From Azolla caroliniana (Eukaryota; Plantae; Polypodiophyta), in assembly GCA_043228905.1 (NCBI GenBank), contig JBHGNT010000014.1, positions 17,794,001 through 17,858,000 on the forward strand: a stretch of DNA of 64,000 nucleotides, written 5' to 3'. Of the stretch, positions 11,826 to 23,017 are shown piece after piece. Every line of letters begins with the position of its first letter. The first letter of the stretch is position 1. The notes under the pieces were generated by a model that saw only the letters and a list, made by a program, of their open reading frames with translations, made no database searches and was not told the DNA's origin. The translations under genes were made by a program, and so were the position numbers.

Positions 11826-14800
11826 ATGGAAGGCGGCGGTAGTGGGCCTCTGGGCATGATGGTGTTGAACTCACAGAACTACGCCGACTGGAAGATAAAG
11901 ATGGAAGACCTTCTCATCGTCCGAGACTTGTACGAACCGATCGACAATGCCGAGATACCCAAGGGGGTAATAGAGTCGGAGTGGAAGCTCCTGAACCGGA
12001 AAGCCGTAGCGACGATCCGGCAATATGTCAATGTAAGTGTTCTGCAACATGTGGCGAACAATACGAACGCCTATGAGATGTGGCAGAAGCTGTCCGGACT
12101 GTATGAGAGGAAGAATGCTCTGACCCGGACCTCCCTGATGAGGAAGATAGTGAATCTTAAGTACCGGGACGGCGAGAGCATGGTCGAACACGTCAGCACG
12201 TTCATGGGATTCGTGAACCAGCTTGCGGCGATCAAGTTCCCGTTGGATGATGCAATGCAAGCCATCATGCTGATGTGTACCCTTCCGGAGAGCTGGGAGA
12301 ACTTGGTAGTTATTCTCAGCACCTCCTGTAAGGAAGAGAACTTGTCTTTACTAACGGTAAAGACAAGTATTCTAAATGAAGAAGCGCGTCGGAGAGATAA
12401 AGAACCGGCCTCCGACTCGAAGGCGCTGCTTACCGAATCGGAACGGGGAAGACAACGGAACCGGAGTCCGCAAAGACGGGAGAAGTCGGGGACACGGTCG
12501 CAGTCGAGGGGGAGACCTACATGCTTCTACTGTGGGAAGCCGGGGCACTTCCAGAAGAACTGTCGGCATTTCCAGAAAGACAACGGAACCGACGGTACCG
12601 ATTCGAAGAAGTCACCGGAGCGAAACGGTGCATACCGGGGAGCCACGGACCGGAGAGGTCCGGATCGGCGAGGGCAGGACCAGAAAGGAACGACGGCACT
12701 CGCGGCAAGTGAAGAAGAGATAATGCTCATTACCGAAGAGAGGGAGTTGAACCTTGCCGGTGAAGAGATGACCTGGGTGGTCGATTCCGGAGCGTCGTTC
12801 CACCTGACCCCGGAGAAGAAATACTTCTCATCCTACACAGCCGGTGAGCACGGCTGTGTCCGGATGGGAAATGAAGGTACATGCCGGATTGCCGGCATAG
12901 GAGACGTGTGGCTGATGACATCAACCGGATGCAAGATGCTGCTGAAGGATGTTCGACACGTTCCGGAGGTTCGATTGAACCTGATTTCGGCCGGGAGGCT
13001 AGACGATGAAGGCTACACGGGTAGCATCCGGAACGGTGTCATGAAGTTCAGCAAAGGGAGCCTGATAGTGGCTCGGGCCCGGAAGGTCAACACACTGTAC
13101 CTGATGAATTCCCGGCTATGTCCGGAGGAGCTGAACGTGGCAGCTGACACTACCGGTGAGCTGTGGCACAAGAGACTGTGCCACATGAGCGAGAAGGGGA
13201 TGAAGACGCTTGCCGAAGACAACCTGATACCGGTAAAGCACATACACCTGGGGAAGTGTACCGACTGTCTGGCCGGTAAGCAAAACCGGACTTCCTTCCG
13301 CTCAAGACCACCGATGAGACGTAGTGTACCATTGGAGTTGGTACACACTGATGTGTGTCAGGTAGAAACGAAGTCACATGGCGGAGCCCAGTACTTCGTA
13401 ACATTCATAGATGACCATAGCCGGAAGCTGTGGACGGCACCGTTGAAGACAAAGGACCAAGTATTGTCCGTCTTCAAAGAACTCCACGCGAGAGTGGAAA
13501 GAGAATCCGGCAAGAAGCTGAAAGCACTACGAGCGGATAACGGAGGAGAATACCGAGGGCAATTCGAGGAGTATTGCCGTTCGATGGGAATCCGGCTCGA
13601 GTTTACTGTGCCGAAGACGCCGGAACTGAACGGGCTGGCTGAGAGGATGAACCGGACCATAATGGAGACGGTCCGGAGTATGCTGGCGCATGCGAAATTA
13701 CCCAAGGGGTTTTGGGCTGAGGCAATGTCGACGGCGACATACGTGATAAACAGATCACCCTCAGTACCTTTGGACGGAGACACGCCGCAGAGAGTGTGGA
13801 CCGGCAGGGAAGTATCCTACCGGCATCTGAAGGTGTTCGGGTGTCTCGCATATGTGCATGTGGCAAAGGACCGGAGAGGAAAGCTAGATCCAAAGACCCG
13901 GCCATGCATATTCCTCGGTTACGGCGATGACGAGTTCGGCTACCGAGTATGGGACCCGGTCGACAAAAAGATATTCCGGAGTCGTGATATCATCTTCATG
14001 GAGGACAAGACACTCGCCGACTGGGAGTCGGAGAAGAATATGAAGAGCTCCAAGTCGACCGGTGAGGATCAACTCTACGAGGAGCAGTCCCGACCGGCAA
14101 GGGACCGGTTAGCACTCAAGGATCCGGCCGAAGACGGTGAAGAAACAGAACCGGCCGAGGAAGATGAAACTGATACCGGAACCGGCCCCGATCCCGAAAT
14201 GGATTCGGATGAAGAGGAAACGGAGGAGCCGGTTACCGAAGCTCCGGAACGGAGATATCCTCTAAGAGAGAGAAGGGCCCCCCGGAGATTTCCGGAACCA
14301 GAGCACGTGCTGCTAACCGACGAGGGGGAGCCGGAGAGTTTTGAAGAAGCAAAGCTTGACACCCATAGCCGCAGGTGGTTAAGTGCCATGCAGGAGGAGA
14401 TGGATTCCCTGCATGAGAACCACACATATGAACTTGTGGAGTTGCCGAAAGGAAAGCGGGCACTTCGAAACAAGTGGGTGTTCAAGCTGAAACCGGGAGA
14501 CGCCGGAAACCCCCCGAGATACAAAGCCAGGATCGTGGTGAAGGGGTTCCAGCAGAAGAAGGGCGTCGACTTCGACGAGATATTTGCCCCGGTAGTGAAG
14601 ATGACCTCCATCCGGACGGTGCTGAGCATAGCGGCAAGCATGGACCTCGAGGTAGAACAGATGGACGTGAAGACGGCATTCCTTCACGGTGACCTCGAAG
14701 AAGAGATCTACATGCAGCAACCGGAAGGATTCGAGAAGAAAGGGAAGGAGCACCTGGTATGCCGGTTGAAGAAGAGCCTTTACGGACTGAAGCAGGCTCC

Positions 14801-15899
14801 CCGGCAATGGTACCGGAAGTTCGAGTCTTTCATGACCGACGAAGGGTACCACAAAACGCAGTCCGATCACTGCATGTTTGTGAAGAAGTTCGAAGGAGGA
14901 GACTTTCTAATACTCCTCCTGTACGTGGACGACATGTTGATCGTCGGACGGGACCAGGTCAAGATACGGATGCTGAAGAAAGCGCTTCACCGAACCTTCT
15001 CAATGAAGGACCTGGGTCCGGCGAGGCAAATACTAGGGATGCACATCATCCGGGACCGGAAGAAGAAGCAGTTGTGGCTGTCACAGGAGAAGTACGTGAC
15101 AAAGGTGCTTCACCGGTTCAACATGTCGGAAGCAAGACCGGTCGGGTCAACCCTCCCGGCAAACTGCAAGTTGTCCAGCAAGCAAAGCCCCAAGACAAAG
15201 GCTGAGAAGGAGGACATGATGAAAGTACCATATGCCTCTGCCGTCGGAAGCTTGATGTACGCAATGGTGTGTACAAGACCGGACATAGGATATGCAGTCG
15301 GAGTGGTGAGCCGGTACATGAGCAATCCCGGCAAAGAGCACTGGAACGCGGTCAAGTGGATACTCCGATACCTGAAGGGCAAGGCAAACGTGTGCCTCCG
15401 ATTCGGCTCCGGTAAGCCCGAACTCGACGGCTTTACCGATTCGGATATGTCGGCTGATGCAGATACCAGCTGGTCCACATCAGGGTATGTGATGACGTAT
15501 GCGGGGGGAGCTGTTTCGTGGCAGTCGAGGCTGCAGAAGACGGTTGCGTTGTCGACCACGGAGGCGGAGTACATGGCGGCTGTTGAAGCCGGCAAGGAAA
15601 TAATGTGGATGAAGGACTTCATTAGAGAGCTCGGTATCCGGCAGGAGGAGTACCGACTCTACTGCGACAGTCAGAGTGCCATCCACCTTGCGAAGAACGC
15701 GGCCTATCACTCACGGACGAAGCACATCCAGCGAAGATATCACTGGATCCGGGAAAGGATAGAAGACCAGGAGTTCGTGCTAACGAAGATCCACACGGAC
15801 GAGAACGGGTCAGATTTGCTGACCAAAGTGCTCACACCCGACAAGCTGGAAGCGTGCCGGAAGAGGGTCGGACTGGAAAGACATCCCATGCCGAAGTGA
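11826..15899 (+). CDS. Copia Gag-Pol polyprotein (Gag, Zn knuckle, protease, integrase, RT, RNase H), 1357 aa
   Basis: CFYCGKPGHFQKNC, WVVDSGAS, LVHTDV...FIDD...DNGGEY...NGLAERMNRT, QMDVKTAFLHG, LLYVDDML, FTDSD...STTEAEY...CDSQSA. No stops. Confidence 0.97.
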   Translation: MEGGGSGPLGMMVLNSQNYADWKIKMEDLLIVRDLYEPIDNAEIPKGVIESEWKLLNRKAVATIRQYVNVSVLQHVANNTNAYEMWQKLSGLYERKNALTRTSLMRKIVNLKYRDGESMVEHVSTFMGFVNQLAAIKFPLDDAMQAIMLMCTLPESWENLVVILSTSCKEENLSLLTVKTSILNEEARRRDKEPASDSKALLTESERGRQRNRSPQRREKSGTRSQSRGRPTCFYCGKPGHFQKNCRHFQKDNGTDGTDSKKSPERNGAYRGATDRRGPDRRGQDQKGTTALAASEEEIMLITEERELNLAGEEMTWVVDSGASFHLTPEKKYFSSYTAGEHGCVRMGNEGTCRIAGIGDVWLMTSTGCKMLLKDVRHVPEVRLNLISAGRLDDEGYTGSIRNGVMKFSKGSLIVARARKVNTLYLMNSRLCPEELNVAADTTGELWHKRLCHMSEKGMKTLAEDNLIPVKHIHLGKCTDCLAGKQNRTSFRSRPPMRRSVPLELVHTDVCQVETKSHGGAQYFVTFIDDHSRKLWTAPLKTKDQVLSVFKELHARVERESGKKLKALRADNGGEYRGQFEEYCRSMGIRLEFTVPKTPELNGLAERMNRTIMETVRSMLAHAKLPKGFWAEAMSTATYVINRSPSVPLDGDTPQRVWTGREVSYRHLKVFGCLAYVHVAKDRRGKLDPKTRPCIFLGYGDDEFGYRVWDPVDKKIFRSRDIIFMEDKTLADWESEKNMKSSKSTGEDQLYEEQSRPARDRLALKDPAEDGEETEPAEEDETDTGTGPDPEMDSDEEETEEPVTEAPERRYPLRERRAPRRFPEPEHVLLTDEGEPESFEEAKLDTHSRRWLSAMQEEMDSLHENHTYELVELPKGKRALRNKWVFKLKPGDAGNPPRYKARIVVKGFQQKKGVDFDEIFAPVVKMTSIRTVLSIAASMDLEVEQMDVKTAFLHGDLEEEIYMQQPEGFEKKGKEHLVCRLKKSLYGLKQAPRQWYRKFESFMTDEGYHKTQSDHCMFVKKFEGGDFLILLLYVDDMLIVGRDQVKIRMLKKALHRTFSMKDLGPARQILGMHIIRDRKKKQLWLSQEKYVTKVLHRFNMSEARPVGSTLPANCKLSSKQSPKTKAEKEDMMKVPYASAVGSLMYAMVCTRPDIGYAVGVVSRYMSNPGKEHWNAVKWILRYLKGKANVCLRFGSGKPELDGFTDSDMSADADTSWSTSGYVMTYAGGAVSWQSRLQKTVALSTTEAEYMAAVEAGKEIMWMKDFIRELGIRQEEYRLYCDSQSAIHLAKNAAYHSRTKHIQRRYHWIRERIEDQEFVLTKIHTDENGSDLLTKVLTPDKLEACRKRVGLERHPMPK

Positions 15900-15909
15900 A
15901 GGGGGAGTT

Positions 15910-16659
15910 TGTTGGGATTACGGTACCTCCGGATGGGATGGTCAGATGTCCGGGAATCGGGAATGAAGACCCGAATGAGGAGTACCCGGTATCGGAACTG
16001 GATGATGAAGACCCGGTTTCGGATCCGGATGATGAAGACCCCGGCTACGGAGCCGGATGATGAAGACCCCGGCTACGGAGCCGGATGATGAAGACCCCGA
16101 CTACGGAGCCGGATGCCGTAGCCGGATGATGAAGACCCCGACTACGGAGCCGGATGATGAAGACCCCGGCTACGGAGCCGGATGAAGAATGTACCCGGAG
16201 AGAGATCCGGATGCGGGGACATATTTGTGAATATGTTTGCCAAGGGCCCTCTAGGCTATATTTATAAATAGCCCGAAAGTCATATGTGTATAAATATGAC
16301 TTAGGGCAAACAGTTGTTGTTGTTGCTCATTTTTCTGTTTTCCACTTAGAGGGAGCGAAGTGAGAGCAGCCGAGAGAGAGAGAGAGAGAGAGAAAGGAAG
16401 AGGTCGACGCCTCTGTGTAATACCGCCGCCTGTGGCGAGGACAGCGAGCTCAAGGTCGTCGCCTTACAGCTCGCCATTGTACATTCCCTGTGCATAGTGA
16501 TAGTTGGAGTCTGAGGACTCCCGTGGTTTTTCCCATTTAGGGTTTTCCACGTAAAACATCCTGTGTACTCTTCTCTCTATTGTCTTCGTGCATTTTGTAT
16601 TTCCTGTTTTCTGTGAGTTGATCCTATTCCTCGGTTGCGGCCGAGCACTGTGTTTAACA
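15910..16659 (+). repeat. Copia A 3' LTR
   Basis: Matches the 5' LTR apart from about a dozen substitutions and a 13-bp insert CCGGATGCCGTAG. Confidence 0.95.
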
Positions 16660-16993
16660 ACATTCGTGCATTCGCATTCGTGAAAGAAAAACACCCTCAA
16701 AGAATGATAAATACCATACTTTTGGATTAACTATTTATTATGAGGTAGATAAGCCTAAAAAAGAAAAAACAAAACAAAAAAAACATTAAAAAAATGGGAA
16801 AAAAACAAAAAAAAAAAACACAAGAATGTTTGGATAACATTTGCATTCGTTTTCCAACGTATGAAAACGAATGTTATACTAGAAGAACATGAATTTTATG
16901 TACTATGCATGGTACAACCACCCGGCTTCAAATCGAGCACCCATCCGGAAGCAATTTGTCGACTAAAGAAGCCACTCTAAGCAAGCACCACGT

Positions 16994-17714
16994 TGTCGTG
17001 AAGATTTTCGTCCACAAGCGGAAACCCGAGCAACGAGAGCCAAAGAGCGATGTGCAACGTTGCACACGTACATAATGTATTTGTAATAGTAATAAGGGTA
17101 AAGTGTATGGTGCTAGAAATGCCCCATAAGATCCCTAAGGTATAAAGGTGATGTGGTCTTGTGCTCATATCCACGCGCGAGAGAGAGAGAGGTACTATGC
17201 CGTACATAGGTACCTAGTTGTTTGTGTGGAGGTGGGAGTTATGGGGCCATCAATCTCACCCTCCCCAAATCAAGGCAAATATCCCCTTTGAATGAAAGGG
17301 GATATTTTAGTCTCACTTTTGTAAACGGTCTTCCCTCCTTGTGCTATAAAAGGAGAGGGAAGGCACCATTGTGGGGGTTGCCTATTTTGAGTGTGCGAGG
17401 TATACCACATAGGTTGAGCGTTAGGGTTAGGGTTAGGGATTCTTTATCTTTATCTTCATCTTCGTCGGTTAGGGTTTCGAGTAGTCGTTTGGTGCGGCCT
17501 ATGCGGCCACCATTTTGTAATCGTTCATTTCGGTTTTAATACATCTTGTTGTTAATCTTGTCTCCATCTTCCTCTTGTTCGATCTAGTCTCTTGTTCATT
17601 CTTCTTCTTCTTGAGCAAAGCTTCCATTCCGTGTCTGATTCCTTCTCCTCTACTCCTTAGTCCAAGACCCCCGTGGTCCCGCCCTTCTCCACGCACGCGT
17701 GTAGCAACGCGACA
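16994..17714 (+). mobile_element. Solo LTR of the Gypsy B/G superfamily in Copia C RT
   Basis: TGTCGTGAAG...CGCGACA with 4-bp TSD ACGT. Removal restores QAPRAW. Confidence 0.9.
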
Positions 17715-18250
17715 ACGTGCTTGGCACTCGAAGATAACACATTATCTTCATCAAATTGGCTTCTGAATGTCAAAATCCGACAACTCTCTTTATGTAAGAA
17801 GTGATTTCGAAAGTCCGATTGTCATCATCCTATGCATGGATGATCTGGTCATTGGAGGTGAGCATCTAGTGGACATCAACAAGGTCAAGTCCCTCGTCTC
17901 TAGAAAATTCGAGATGACGGACATCAAAGACCTCCATTACTTCCTTGGCCTCGAGGTAATTTGGACTCCAACCGGCATTATGAGCTCTCAACGACACTAC
18001 ATCCTTAACTTGTTATACAAGTTCAGGATGATTGAGTGTAAATCTGTGGCAACCCCTCTCGATCGAAACCTCAAACTTAATGCCGACTTTGGCACCACAG
18101 AGTGTGAGTCGACTCAGTATCGACAATTGATTGGGTACCTCATCTATCTCACAATCACTCGTCTCAACCTCAACTACCCGGTTAGTCTCCTTAGCCAATT
18201 TATGCAAACTCCACGTGATATTCATTTAGGTTGTGTTAAGCGAGTATTAT
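17715..18250 (+). pseudogene. Copia C RT middle part
   Basis: IILCMDDLVI (degenerate YVDD), LHYFLGLEV, YRQLIGYLIYLTITR. Confidence 0.88.
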
Positions 18251-18845
18251 TGTTGAGAGATCAAGCTCAACTTAATTTAGTTATTTATTCAACCATGTAA
18301 CTTCATAGCTACCTAGATAGAATCTAGTTACCTAAATAGGACCTTGTACCTAAGTGGGATATTCTAGATCCTCCACTCCGAAGTACATTTAATATATGAC
18401 TTACACCTTAGTACCTATATTCTACTCACACATGTGCACCTATGCACATGAGATGTATATATACCTCATTGTGGGTATTTTTGTATTTGATGATGATAAT
18501 GCTAATTTAATATAGAGTTAATCATCCCCCATCTTGTGTTGTTGATAAGTGTTAACTTCCTCTATCTCTCTTCCTCTCACACACATACACATACATATCA
18601 CTTAATCTTCCGCTTATCAACGAATCACATAATTAGGTACTTATTAACCCATACTTAATTACCTAATTCTTAACATGGTATCAGAGCGTGTGGTTTAGCA
18701 CATCCACTAAGCCCATCCGCGTCTTCATAATTGTGTGCTTGAAACGACGACGACAAATTCCGGTTATCTACTACAGTAGTGCCGCTACGTAGCATGAGTA
18801 AGTGATTGAGCGAAGGAAATCGAAAAAGGAAGACACTACATCAAA

Positions 18846-21800
18846 ATGAACACACAAATGGGTAGCTCGTTCCCTAGTGAAAAGCTAGACCGGAGCAATT
18901 ATTCATCTTGGGAGTACAAGATGACGCAATACCTTCTTAGCCAAGGGTATTGGAGCTACATAAACGACGCACAAGAAAATCGACCCGACTCAAAGAACGC
19001 CGATTACGCAACATGGGAGCAAGCGGCGAGTCGAGTCATGTATGCTTGGCAACATGTGTCCATGACCACATGCTTAGCCACATTCGAGACGCCAAGTTGC
19101 CTAAAGAAGCGTGGGCAAACTTAAAGAAAATGTTCACCGCCAACACAACCGCCCGAAAGTTTCATGTTCGACAAGAGTTGAACAACATTCGGCAAAAAGA
19201 CATGTCTGTGTCGGACTACGCCGCCAAGATCAAAAGCATTTGCGACTCGCTTGGCTCCATCAAAATAAACGGTGACGAAGACGAGATGGTTCAAGTATGC
19301 TTGGGTAGCCACGCACAACGAATCGACTCTTTGAGGATGACAATCTTGGCGAGGGAAAATCCTCCTTCCTTCTTCGACCTTCAATCAATGCTAATGGTTG
19401 AAGAGAACCACGTCCAAACCAAAACCAAGACATTAGAAGGACAAACGTTCTTCTTGAATTCGGATGGTGGTCGAGGATGAGGTCGAGACAGTAGAAGAGG
19501 TCGATTCGACCCATCACATGAAGGGAACTCAAACCTCCGACAACAAGACGGAAGCCATCAAGGAACCTTCAGAAGAATGGGGAGCTTCCATTCCGAACAA
19601 GGTCGGCAAATGAGGCCCGCAACTTGCAACTATTGTGGGAAAAAAACGGCCACCATGAGGAGGAGTGCCGAAAAAGAAGAAGCGAGTCGGCTTTGACAAG
19701 TCGATAACTCACGAATTATGCCACCAAACCCGAATATGATGACTACGCCAGACTATTCGTAATGAGGCATAGAGCGAACTCTATGTCGGCCTCTGACTCC
19801 GCAAGCACCTCCAATTCTGAAGATGCGTGGTTCGTCGATTTCGGCGTCTCACATCACATGACATCCCACAAAGAGTGGTTCAATGACTTGCGTACACCAG
19901 ATCGACCCGGCTTCATAGAGACTGTCACGGACAAGTAGGCGAGGCTCAATACTAAGAGAGTGAGAGAGAGATCATAGACAAGATAATAAGAAAGAGAGAG
20001 AGAAAGTAGTCAAGAGAACAAGAACTGAATTATGATTCTATAACTGGTGTTGTTCACCTTGACTAAGGCCAAGGGGAACCCCTATATTTATACATGTTTA
20101 TGGGCTCTAAATGTAGCCCCATGCAAAGACTCATTTTCATGCACAAGCTTCTAGAATGTTCTAGCTTCTCAAGCTTTCTGGAAGCTTCTAGAATCCTACA
20201 TGTAGAATAGATCATCTGTCATAATCTAGTAAGGTAACATGATTATGTATTGGATGTGTTGGTTAAAACATATTGATTAAGTACAGTAGGTCAAGAGTTC
20301 GAATCATGACATAACTATTGTTATGTCTGTGACAGAGACGGGAGAGGACACCACACATCCCATTCGGCATATTGGCAATGTCCCATTCGGGAAAGAAGGC
20401 AAGCAAATTTGCATCAAGAATGTCTTGCATGTGCCCACAATAACGAAGAATGTCTTGCATGTGCTCACAATAACGAAGAATTTGGTCTTCATCGGCCAAA
20501 TCATGGAGCAAGCCATGCAAGTCCGCTTCAATAACAAAGGTTGTTTCATTGAGAAAGATGGTCAACTCATAGCCAAGGGACGGAGAGACGGTCGAATGTT
20601 CATCCTCGATTTGAACAAGGTGAAATCAGCCATGTATGCCAAAGTTCTCAAAACTGAGACAAGCATCAAGTTGTGGCACAAAAGAATCGGCCACATAAAC
20701 CTCCAACGGCTTCGAGTGATTCAAACAAAGGGAGTGGTCATCGGACTTCCGGCATTCGAGTCGACCGAGTATGCGAAGCATGCCAACTCGGCAAACAACA
20801 TCGACTCCTATAGCCGAAGGAGAGCTATGCAAGCAAAGGCCTCCTCGACATCATACACTCGGATGTATGGACCGGCTCAAATGGAGATGATCGGTGGATG
20901 CCGATTCTACATCACCTTCATTGACGACTACTCACACTACGCGTGGATCTTCCCGATGAAGAAGAAGAGGGAAGTGTTCTCCCACATCCAAAAGCTCAAG
21001 GGCCAAATCGAAAAAGAAACCGGTCGACACATTCAATGCCTAAGATCGGATGGAGGCAAGGAGTACTTCTCCGATGAATTCACCGCCTACTTCCAAAGTG
21101 AAGGCATTCGGAGAGAATTCTCATGCCGACACACACCCCAACAAAATGGAGTAGCCAAAAGAGGAAGAATCGGCAAATACTCGAGGTAGCATGCGCCATG
21201 ATGCATGAGAAGCACATGCCAAACTTCTATTGGGTTGACGTGACATCCACGGCCGTCTATCTCATGAATCGATGCACCACTAATGGAGTGCATGAGCTAA
21301 CTCCGTATGAGCTCCTTGTCGGAAGGAAGTCGATCCTGTTGCACCTCAAGGTGTTCGGAAGCATTGCGAATGTACGCATCCCGAACGAACAACAATAGAA
21401 GCCCGGCACGAAGTCGGAGGAATGTATCCTCATAGGAATACTCGTCCGAGAAGAAGGCATACAAGTGTCACAACCCTTCTACCCGAGCCATTCGAGTAAG
21501 TCGAGACGTAGTCTTCGACGAGTTCGCATCCTGGTACGCATCAGAGACAACTTCGACTTTGACTCCGCTCGACCCGTAATCCGCCGAACAAGAGGTAGAA
21601 GATGGAGATTGCTTCGAACACATGTTCGAAGAAAGTTCAAGTACGACAAGGCTTAGTGGGCCACAAGAGCCACCCCTCAACCCAAGCACGTCGCGGCCAA
21701 GTACGACCTTGGACAAAGTCTAAGGTAAGATGCCCGAATACGAAGTCGACCACCCCGACGACAGTGATTTGAATGTGTCGGCTCGCTCACTAGACAGTGA

Positions 21801-22070
21801 GTTTGGTGTACCCATCATGCGGACACCTGTAGCAAAGAAGGCACTCACATAGGCGAGAAACAAACTTCGACGCTCATCTAGAGCACAGAACCCCGTCACT
21901 TGGTTTAGCTACAACGAGTACATGGCACATCACTATGCCTTCACGATGAAGGTAGAGGCCAAACAAGAGCCCAAGAGCTCCACCGAAGCGGCTCCTAACC
22001 CACGATAGGTGGAAGTAGTCAACCTTCACCTACACACTAGAAGCCTTCGTCACCAGCTTGAGGGGGAGGA
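18846..22070 (+). pseudogene. Copia D gag-protease-integrase, degenerate; jumps from the RT start to the end of the coding region
   Basis: MNTQMGSSFPSEKLDRSNYSSWEYKM, ARENPPSFFDLQSML, WHKRIGH, FIDDYS, LRSDGGKEY. No RT motifs occur before the PPT at ~22164. Confidence 0.85.
19923..20334 (-). mobile_element. Solo LTR related to chromovirus I LTRs
   Basis: TGTCAC...GTGACA with TSD GAGAC. The minus strand shares GATTCGAACTCTTGAC, TATAAATA and AAGGTGAACAAC with LTR 53372-53709. Confidence 0.88.
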
Positions 22071-23017
22071 ACCGAGATTGCCACGACGAAGAAAGCCAAA
22101 GGCCGGAAGGAAGCACACGAAGCCGACGAAAGCCAAAGCGGATGTAGGACGCCTCACACTTGAACTTGAGGGGACGTTGTCGTGAAGATTCCGGGCCACA
22201 AGAGGAAACGTCGTCGAAAATGCGGGAACATGGTTGTACACGAGTACACTACCCATTTGAATTAACTTATGTGGGAGAGTAACGAGGAGAGAAAATCAAG
22301 GAGAGAATCTAGGGATGGATAGCGACATGTCATTAAAACCGATGTAACGGTCGCTCCTTGTGCTATAAAAGGGGCGGCCTCAGACAGTTTAAGGGGGGAC
22401 GATCGGGAGGAGAAGAAGACGCTGCCGAACTAGAGACAGGGGCTCTCTCTCTCTCTTTCGCTTGGTCTTGCCTGAAGCTCTACGACCAAATCTCGGAAAT
22501 TGGACCCTCTACTCGTGTCAGACGCCGTGTGCTCCCGACCAGAGGTCCACCTTATTGTGTGAGTTGGTTCTAGAACTCGAAGCTCGGTTACCGGACAATA
22601 CTAGTTGTTTTCCCTGCGCTTCATGCACACGTTCTACCTAATAGCGTTAATCTACTACATTGTTTTACATTGCTATTCTACTCAAGACTTTGTCACCGGC
22701 TCTGATCCGGTTGTAATCCCTTACTGCGCTACACGCCCATTCGCTTTAATATAACTTACCTCGTTAATTTGAGTTGCTTGTTGTGTCTCTGTCTTGTCAC
22801 GTTGTGTCAGGCCGGAAACACACGATTCTCTCTCCGCTACTCTTCTCTGTCTACCCACGGTCTCTGTGTTCACGCGAAGTGTGGACTCCTTCCCCTCACT
22901 TCCTAATTCCTTGGTCCAAGACACCCGTGGTCCTGCCCCGTTTCTACACATCCACGCAGAATACCGCAACATCTTTGGTGAACCCGACGTGAACAAGGGC
23001 GGCAAAGGAATCTAAAA

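Larger units (their letters stand above)
11058..16659 (+). mobile_element. Intact Copia A (Tnt1/Tork-like) retrotransposon
   Basis: LTRs at 11058-11794 and 15910-16659, TSD ACATT, PBS TGGTATCAGAGC at 11798, PPT GAAGGGGGAG before 15910, single open ORF. Confidence 0.97.
11033..16907. mobile_element. hAT-type MITE (~268 bp net) split by Copia A
   Basis: 8-bp TSD CATGGTAC at 11025-11032 and 16908-16915, termini CATAGTA...TACTATG, subterminal TAACATT(C/T)G motifs, AT-rich body. Removing it restores RT EEEVYMVQPPGF. Confidence 0.8.
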
